A stretch of DNA of 64,000 bases from the human T2T-CHM13v2.0 reference genome, Homo sapiens, in NCBI RefSeq assembly GCF_009914755.1, contig NC_060925.1, one strand, 5' to 3'. The notes below the pieces were generated by a model. That model did not search any database, was not told where the DNA came from, and was given only the letters and a program-made list of their open reading frames with translations. The number at the start of each line of letters is the position of its first letter. Positions within the stretch are counted from its first letter, which is position 1. Shown here piece by piece: positions 55,608 through 64,000 of this stretch. The position numbers and the translations under genes are program-made.

Positions 55608-55769
55608 TAAAAATGGAAAACAGGCCCTTTCCTCTTAGGCACTACATTCTCTGGGACCTTTTTCAAGACCATGTGAGGTCAGCATTACTAGCCCCATTAA
55701 CAAATGAGAGACAAAGAATGCTAAATATCCTGATGTAGGCAGCAAAGCCCCTATTCCATCTGGCCCAGT

Positions 55770-56045
55770 TGCCTCTATAGGCTTACTTTGTATCACTCTC
55801 TTTCTCATTCATTCAGCTCCAGCCACACTGGCCACCCTGCTGTTCCTCAAATGTACCAGGCACATTTCCATGGGGCTTTACACTAACAGCTTCATCTGCC
55901 TGTGGTGCTCTTCCCTGAAGATCTACAGTGTTCATTGTTTTTCCTTAGGTGTCTTCAAATGTCACCAGTTCCTCTCTCCCTCTTGATATTCCTCTACTCC
56001 ACTCCCTGCTTTACTTCTCTTTAAAACATTTCTCACCATCATATT
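55770..56045 (+). mobile_element. L2 fragment
   Basis: 'cagctccagccacactggccaccctgctgttcctcaaatgtaccaggcac'. Confidence 0.75.
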
Positions 56046-56049
56046 CTAC

Positions 56050-57415
56050 AACACCCATCTATTCCAATCCTGCCCCCAACAACAAAATAACCTGATGCAA
56101 GAGCTTGCATGTAGGCAATGTATTTTGCAAGTAATGCCAAGGAACAAAAATGGGAAAATGGGAAGAGTGAAAAGAGAACAAAAGCAAAGCTAATCTAGCA
56201 GTGCATTATCAAGTTGGTGACAAATGTGGGTAACTAGGGCTCAATATGATTAGGGTTCCTCTGAAAGTCCTGCATAACACATGTCAGAATTGTCTACCAC
56301 AGTTACAGGCTTCTATCTCCTATTCTTTAAGGGTAATCCCATGGCTGTGTTAGGAAAGACTCAGAATGGCTGAGCAGGTTCCCATAAGTGTTCCACACAG
56401 AGGAACGCTAGGGCAAAAGTTGGAGTGAGGTGTTAGCTGGCCACACCTGCAATCAGCTAGTTGTGGTACCAATGTCTGGAATAAAATGGTCAACCAAGGG
56501 GTTGTGAGGTAGGATATAAGAGGTTCATGATAGAGTCCAGCTTTTGCAACACTGAGACTTCTCCCAGAGCCTTCAAGGCAGTGTGGCCAGTACTGATTTC
56601 TACAATAGACTCGATAAAGAAAAGCTATTTGGGAAAGGGAGTCCCTGCTACCACCAGGCCGTCACTGATATTAACCATCTTTTTTCCTCCACCAATGTCA
56701 TTCTAAGTTTTCCCTATTCTTAGTCACCACTCCAGTTGGTCTAAACTGCTTTGTCTGGAGAGATGGCTCAAACCATCATCTACATGGGGTTAGAAACCTT
56801 TATTACTACACCACAGTCAGGTCATTGTCTTTACAATAGTCCGTTTTCTGTTATCATCTGGACAGCCCCAAGGAAGCTCCTGGTTTCTACAACTGCTCTT
56901 CCATGGTACCACCAAGCAGCACCACCACGAGTAGCAACCATAGCTCCTCATTCAAATCAGGCTCAGTTATCCCCACCAACGTGATGACTTCCTTCTGCTT
57001 TTGGGGCCACTTGCATGAGAAGCCCAAAATGGCCAACAATGGTCATAGTTCCAAGACTATGACTTATTCTGTCCTCTAGTGAAGTACCCTCCTGCCATGG
57101 TAGAAATCAGAACTCCTAATCCATCAGAGCCTAGATTGTAGGAATGAGAAGCACAGACATCACTAGTAAGTATGAGTGATAACCATGGGGCCAATCTTTT
57201 ACTTCATGGTTTCTAACCCATGTATTCTAGCTTTGGGGAGGTCACAGCGCCATATGTTGGCCATTAATTTGGGGCATACACACATCCTGAGGAAAGCATT
57301 CCAAGCCTACACAGTGTAGTCCCTAAACTGGCACCTCGGCCAAGCCCCCAGTATACCTTCCCATCATTCTTTGAGGAAGCCACACCACTGTAGGTAAGAC
57401 CCAGTACTTTTCACC
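56050..57415 (-). mobile_element. Ancient ERVL relic: LTR16-like LTR (~56050-56530) plus adjacent internal sequence
   Basis: LTR16-like 'aacctgatgcaagagcttgcatgtaggcaatgtattttgcaagtaatgccaaggaac'. Downstream sequence resembles antisense ERVL internal region ('gccatatgttggccattaatttggggcataca...tcccatcattc'). Confidence 0.55.
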
Positions 57416-59675
57416 ATTGTATTCCAACATGTAGATTAGTACCTGGCATGTTCATCACTCTGAATATATGAATGAATTAATCAACCAATTATTCTCTTTA
57501 GATTAACCGAGACATTCAAAATCAGAAAACAAAGAGGTTGAAATTCATTATAAACTCGTACCTCACATTATTAAAGCTTGAGGAATGATCTCTTAGATAC
57601 AAATGTAATTAGCTTCTATGATGTTGAAAAATAAAATTAGGAAAATTGAAAAATTCACACTTTCATAATGTATGTGGAATTAATCTATTAATATAAAAAC
57701 CATACTTATTTAGCATACCAACAAATCATACACTTGGCAACATAGGGGTACAAATTCACTTATTTTTCTTTGTCCCGAACACTAATGAATTTCGTGTATG
57801 AAAAACTTCATTAAGACACATTATGTTTAAAAATAAATTGTCAAAACCCGACTCTACCAGATTAAATGTATGTTAAAACATTTAAGATGACATTTATTGC
57901 ATCAATTTTTTAAATAATGCTTGAGAAAGCTGTTAACATAACTTCATAGCCCAAAACCTTCTTCTCTTTCCCTTTGTAGCATATTTCTCCGATAATGTAT
58001 TTTGCCTACTGCTACCAAAGTACCAGAAAATAATGCCTAAAAGACCAAAATGAAGTGTTTCAGAATTAAGGAGAAAGTTGTAAATCTGTAATGTTTTAGA
58101 CACATTTCAGTTTAGCGCTTGATAGATCATGTTGGGTTGGTTGCGAGAGGGATTTCAAGGGCTTGGGAAAATAAAGTCAGTATATGTGTAGTTTCATTTT
58201 TGAGAGAATCACTTTATTACTGATCACAGGACAGTTGTTGAGCTCTGACAGCTCTAAGTGCTGAAAACATTAGAGAAGGTCCATTTTTTTGTTTTTGCCC
58301 AATTATGAACTGTAACTTAGTGAGAGAAGCAATAGAATCTATTTACCTAACCTAATGGTAATGTTTCATTTTAACTAAAATGTCAACACATAGTGGTCTC
58401 TGCACATATTTCACCAGCATCTAAATTCCACCATGGGGTTCAAATTTTTTAAATGAAATCTTAGACCCTTGGTAGAAAAAGAGCCAAGGATTTATATATC
58501 AATGTAAAAATGGCCTATCTTAAAATATACTTATCACAAATATAAGAAATTCCTAAAATTTGGGGTTTTCTTCTATGGCTTTCTCAAAGGTCAGAATGCA
58601 ATGTTTCTATTCAAATGAACAATTCAACTAGTTAACTAATACGAAGCCCCTTTTCTTATCTTCTGCTAACCTCTCACCTTTGAAATCAGTTATCTAACTT
58701 CAAGTGTTGCCTTCCCAATTAATGAAGTTACCTACACAATTTTCAAAATGTGACTCCATGTCTATGAGTTTGTTGTTAATATTACTGGAAAGACAATATA
58801 ATGTGAAACAATAGCAAAAAGCAAAAATTGAAGGCACTAGCACCTTCTTTGTGGGACAGGAAAACTAACAAAACTTGGTGATTTATATTAACTCAGGACC
58901 ACAATAATCTCATAAAATGGCTCTTTCTTGGATTTTGCAAGATGGTTTCATTATTTAGTGCACCAATCAAAAAGATAGCCAAGTTTTTAATCCAGGCCAA
59001 TTGAAAGCAAACAATCAATGCAAGTAAGAAACTAGGAAAAAAGGAGAAATTCTGATGTCCAGCACATATATTAAACTTAATTATATTTTTGCATGATAAA
59101 GTAAATTTGCTCAGTGGAGTCTCAAAGTATGTTATTGTTATAAATTATTTTAAAGTTTTCAAAGATAACTTTCAAAATTAAAGTTATAAAAGATGACTCC
59201 CATTTTCTCATTTTCCTCTTCAGTGTTTAATGAGCATACATTTCTCAATTCATCCATTAAGAAATGTTTATGGTTTAAAAAGTTCATGTTGACTGCAAAA
59301 ATGGTGATAGAAGAAAGCTCCGAGGATATTGCTATAAAGTTAATAAATCATCTTCACTCATCAACTGTCTTCAACCCGCACAAGTTATAAAGGATTATTT
59401 TGTTAGCACCACAGGGTACACAATTTAAATTTAGAGAATCAGCCCTAGCAGAATAAGTTTGAATTCTGGAAGCTCCTAGGTCCCCTTGCCTTTAAACATC
59501 ATACGCTTCAGAGTCCTTACATTTTCAATTGACAGAGAAACAGAAAATCATTCTAACGTTTACCATAGCTTTTCCCTCTAAGGGCTTCTTGCAAAGAATT
59601 TGCATGTTGCAATTATACTTCAAATTAGAGATTTGAGTTTCCCTGCCTGGTCAATTATAAGACCCTTGGCCTTAC

Positions 59676-59918
59676 CAGAGAATGAATACACGCTCTCAAC
59701 TTCGCAAACGTCTGAGTCAACAGCTTGTTGGGCTTTGAAGAACCTCAGCCGTTTTTGCGGCTGGAGCTTTTTCTCCTTTTCGTGTTTCAGGACCACTGCT
59801 GGTTTTCATTCATCTTCATTCAGTGGGTTTCATGTGACATTTTGGGGCTGGAAACATAATGTGTCAGAAGATAGCTGCAGCTTCCTACTGCGTTAGTTAT
59901 TGTTTCCTTTGTCAGAAG
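59676..59918. other. Candidate overlapping non-coding exons (+ 59791-59918; - 59676-59847)
   Basis: Plus strand: ctttttctccttttcgtgtttcAG| ... AAG|GTGAGT. Minus strand: ttctgacacattatgtttccAG| ... CTG|GTAAGG. Motif evidence only. Confidence 0.4.
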
Positions 59919-62089
59919 GTGAGTGAGCACAAACATTTTCCAATTGCTCTGATTTTCAGACAGGTTTAGATCTACTGAGCCATCACTGATGCACATGCCT
60001 ATACCATTTAGAAACACTTGATACAGATTTCAGAAGAGATTTCTAAGTTCAGTTCTATACAAATAAATGTACTATCATTTATCCTTTTTCCAGAAGAGGC
60101 AGAGATTTCATATCCTCTCCTTGGTTTACCCCGATCAGTATAAAAGGAATAGATATGGTGCTTCAAAAACGTTTCTCATTTGGGTTCAAAAACAGCAGCT
60201 CACCTTTCTGCTGGAAGCAAAACATTATCATGATCAACAGAATCTGTCTGTTGGGATTCAGTTCTGCAATCCTTTCATGGATCAAATTCCCATCAGAATC
60301 AGAATTAAGTCCTAAGTGAAAACTTAAATTACATTATAATACTCAGCCTCATAAGTTCCACCAAGGCTTTGCCAAAGGCATTGAATGATTTATGATAAAC
60401 TTCAGAACCTCAGTCCCCTCTTCCCAGGGTGTCTTCAATTAATTCTTTGAAGAACTTTACTCTTGATTCCTTGTTGAACTGAAGTAATAAGGGGTTTAAG
60501 GCCTTTATATTTTTCCTCAAACTTTTTCTTCTTAACTTAGAATATCTGCAAGTGAAATATAATTGATTGGATCTTTCTAAATGTGTCTTTTATAAAATTA
60601 TGGTTAAATATTATCTTATTCCTGCAGAATTTATATGATTTTTAAGTATAAATCTCTATGTCATCTTAGTTATAAAAATCATATCATTAGAAATTGCTAA
60701 AATGCATTACACTTCAGCCTGAAGAGTAAGGTTCTTTTCAGTTAGAAAATAGCTCCCCAGGAAATTCCATGTTGGTCTGTATTTGATTCCCCGGCCACTT
60801 GGGATGCAAAGGCATGCCATTGACTGTAATAAGAATTGGATGTATGTCTATAGGTAGACTGTAAAATTTAAAAGTTTGATTTGTCTCCTCATATGGAGAA
60901 ACTGAATCCTAGGAAAATTTAGAGACATTTCCTAGATCACACATTTCATTAAGGTTAGTGCGGGTTCTCTTTCTATTATGGGGTGTGGCATCAGAAAAAT
61001 GTGGTTTTAAACACTGGGTCAACTAGTAATATGCCTTATATAAGTCATGGCATAGTCTACTTAGTGATGCCATGAATAACCCACTGAGCTTCATATTCTT
61101 AACTAGCATATTCTTAACTTATCTATATTCTAAGATAGCTGAGAAGATGAAAAAATATGTATATAAAAATTCTGGCCCCAACACGCATTAAATGATGGTA
61201 AAGATTATAATTGTTGATCTTTTTATGTAACTAACCTCCTAAAATTATCTTTCTGCCCTTTTCTCCCTGATTCATTCTTCACACAGCTTATGGATTAACT
61301 ATCTATAGCACAGGTCTTAGTATGATTCTCTTTACTTTAAATATTCTCAATGGCTTCCTATCATCAATGAAATTATCTTAAAATTTCTCACCCTAAATTG
61401 CAAAGCCCTGCGTATCAGGCTGCAGCCCACCTTTCCAAAAATCATTTTAACTGTTTTTCTATAATTACGCTATTTTCCTGTCTAGCTAAATTGGTTTACA
61501 TTCCACAGACAATTCTCCAAATTTTTAAAACCAAAATTCCATCTCCCCTATAAGCGCTTTATTTATTCTTCCAACCAGATGCAACATTTCCCACAGAAGT
61601 GGGGAAGAGAAAGGAAAAAGCACCTACTGAATGTATTTTCTGTGCAGAGTTCTTTCTTCTGTGCTGGGCACTTTAAATTTGTTATTTCATTAGTGCTTCT
61701 CTTATGACATGTTATCTTTTGTCATAACAAAAGACATGCTTGTTGTTGTCCATTAAAGCTGTCCATTAAGCGCAGAAATAATGTCTTAATCTCTAGCATA
61801 GAATATTTACAAGTAGAAGGACTTAGGGGGAAAATGCAAACTGAACACCTTAAATTATTGTCAATAAAAGCATTAGCCAGAATGAGGAGTTGAGGGGCAT
61901 TTGAAGCAACTTGGAAAAACATGGCAGCTTATCTGGGGTAGAAAGGCCCTCTTTTATCCATCATAAATCATCATCAGGTTTATACTTTGTTAGCGAAAGG
62001 GGGCTGAAGTACAACATGTCATATAGTGTGTGGCAATTATAACAGGGCCTCACTCTTCTTTCTTCTTCCCAAGGCCTAATCAGTTACAT

Positions 62090-62226
62090 AAAAAAAGAAA
62101 GAAGAGAGGAGACAAGAGAAGAAAAGAGAAGAGAAGAGAAGAGAAGAGAAGAGAAGAGAAGAGAAGAGAAGAGAAGAGAAGAGAAGAGAAAAGAAAGGAA
62201 AAGAAAAGAAAACAAAAGAAAGGAAA
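62090..62226 (+). repeat. Polypurine tract with perfect (GAGAA)13 at 62126-62190
   Basis: Directly counted; explains the KRREE and LLFSS ORFs. Confidence 0.97.
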
Positions 62227-64000
62227 TTACCACGAAACCAGTCCTGGAAAATGTAAAATGTTACTTGCATCATCATGTGAAAAAGCTCAAAAGATGGAAA
62301 AATATTTTCTAAGTACATTATTTGGACATAAGTATCTTCCAATATATTTTAGAGAATGGAAGATGTGGTGAGTTGAAAAGATGAGTTTACCATAGGAATT
62401 TAACTAGGTATCAGCTCTACATATGCTTTATGGTCACAAGTTGCCACTTATAAAACATTTATATACTCTTATGCATATCATATAACTGAACATGAATGTT
62501 AGCATGTAAGTATATGTATCTGATGAAAATGCCAGAGTTATAAAATCTTTTTAATGTTTTTTTAATCACAAAAATATCAAAATGCACCTTGGTTTTAGGG
62601 AATAATTTTCTATCACTGGTCCTGAGAACCTCTAAAATTATGGAACAATCGTTCCAGACTCTCAATACCATTAAGTTCAATGAACTATAAACTCCAGGGC
62701 AAAGAACACAGCTTTTTTGATCAACAATGTATACTTAACGTCCAAGCTTAATGACTGAAGAAAGTAAACTCCCTAAAAACATAGGTTTTTTTTTTAATGA
62801 ATCAAAAGAAAAGGAAAAAGAAAAAGATATTTAGAAAGGACCCATAGTTTGTCATCTGAATGCAGCAGACATTTAAAATGGACTCTATCTTTTCAAGAAT
62901 AGGAAATCTACTGACCCCTTTCAAGGGGTTCACCCACCTTTCATTGCCTCCCTCAGCAGAGGGGTTGCTGGATGCCATTACTCAAGGAAACAGTTTTGAT
63001 TCCTTCCTGATCGCCTATTATCTCTCTTGTTTTATTGAACCAGGGTCTCTCTGCACCCTGGCAGAAGCTGGCAATTCATCAGGATACCATTTAGAGAATC
63101 ACTGTGATGCTTAGTTTACAGTCCACGAGGCCACTACTGGGAGAATCTGTATCAATGTGTTTTATGCCTCTGAAATTTGGGCAGCAAAGGAAAAGTGCTT
63201 CAGTTATAAACATGCAATGTCCATAGTTCTCATCATCCTTCTGAACAAACAGAAGCTCCCCTTTTCTGAACCCAAATGGAGCAATCCAATTACAAAGTCA
63301 TTAAACCCCGTTATAAGGTGGTTCATAGGAGTTCCTGTTTCCAGCAAAAGCCTTTTCTGTGTTCATCCAACATATATTCTGGCCTCTTGCACTCAGTTTA
63401 CAAGGTTTCTAATTAAGCTCCAGAGAGGATGATATAGTTCACTGAACTGAGTCACTATGCTACAACTGGGAAAGAAGAGGCATTCCTATTTTATCAGAAA
63501 AATAAACACTTTAGTTTCATTTCCTCTGCCACACGTTATCTCTTTGTGCTGTCACAACATTTTTTATAGGTTTTTATTTCAAAGGATTACCTTGAGATTA
63601 CTGTCAATGCAAGCCAGAGAGACATCCCCATACAGAATATAGGGGTAATATTTTTTCTCCTAAAACATCCTGCTACAGACAATATAATATCATATAATAT
63701 CACCGAAATAATCTCCCCTATTAAGAGCAAAGAGACAGTTTTCAATAGTACTTTGGTCCAAAATTTGAGGAAAATAAAATGTTTATCAGTGACAAAAATA
63801 CAATTTACCAGCTTGATTTTTAAGTCAAAAATTTAACCTTTTAAACGATTTCAGAAGCTCCGCTAATTTCTACTGTTCCTTGTAACATCTGTAGGCAAAA
63901 TACAACATGCTGGGTCATAATTCATAGCTTGGCAAGAAAATGTTGCTTAAAAACATAAAGGTCCTTTTCTTTTTATGCAAGAGGAAAACATTTTAGTTAT

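Noticed and set aside
62030-62371. 113-aa KRREE-repeat ORF
   Set aside because: Translation of the (GAGAA)n repeat.

Overview
This is AT-rich, CpG-depleted simian (probably catarrhine or human) intergenic or deep-intronic DNA. AluY, L1PA, THE1 and MSTA elements support that origin. I can support no protein-coding gene, tRNA, rRNA or CRISPR array. The listed ORFs are translations of repeats (THE1-int, Alu, L1, microsatellites) or chance ORFs. Much of the window is recognisable interspersed repeat: a complete THE1A-type MaLR provirus with both LTRs and a near-TSD, several solo MaLR LTRs, four Alus, L1PA/L1M fragments, L2/MIR relics, an ERVL relic and hAT MITEs. Subfamily calls come from remembered consensus sequences and need RepeatMasker/Dfam confirmation. 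The most unusual structure is a ~600-bp quasi-palindrome (4417-5015). It has ~155-bp near-identical inverted arms around an alternating purine-pyrimidine tract that contains a perfect 26-bp hairpin. It lies ~2 kb downstream of three co-oriented THE1 LTRs that keep DUX4-type motifs. Other leads are overlapping opposite-strand non-coding exon candidates at ~59.7-59.9 kb, a candidate exonised Alu monomer at ~47.6-47.9 kb and a dense cluster of short palindromes at ~49.45 kb. The sequence alone does not establish a new biological system. The LTR-to-palindrome dsRNA idea is a testable hypothesis only.
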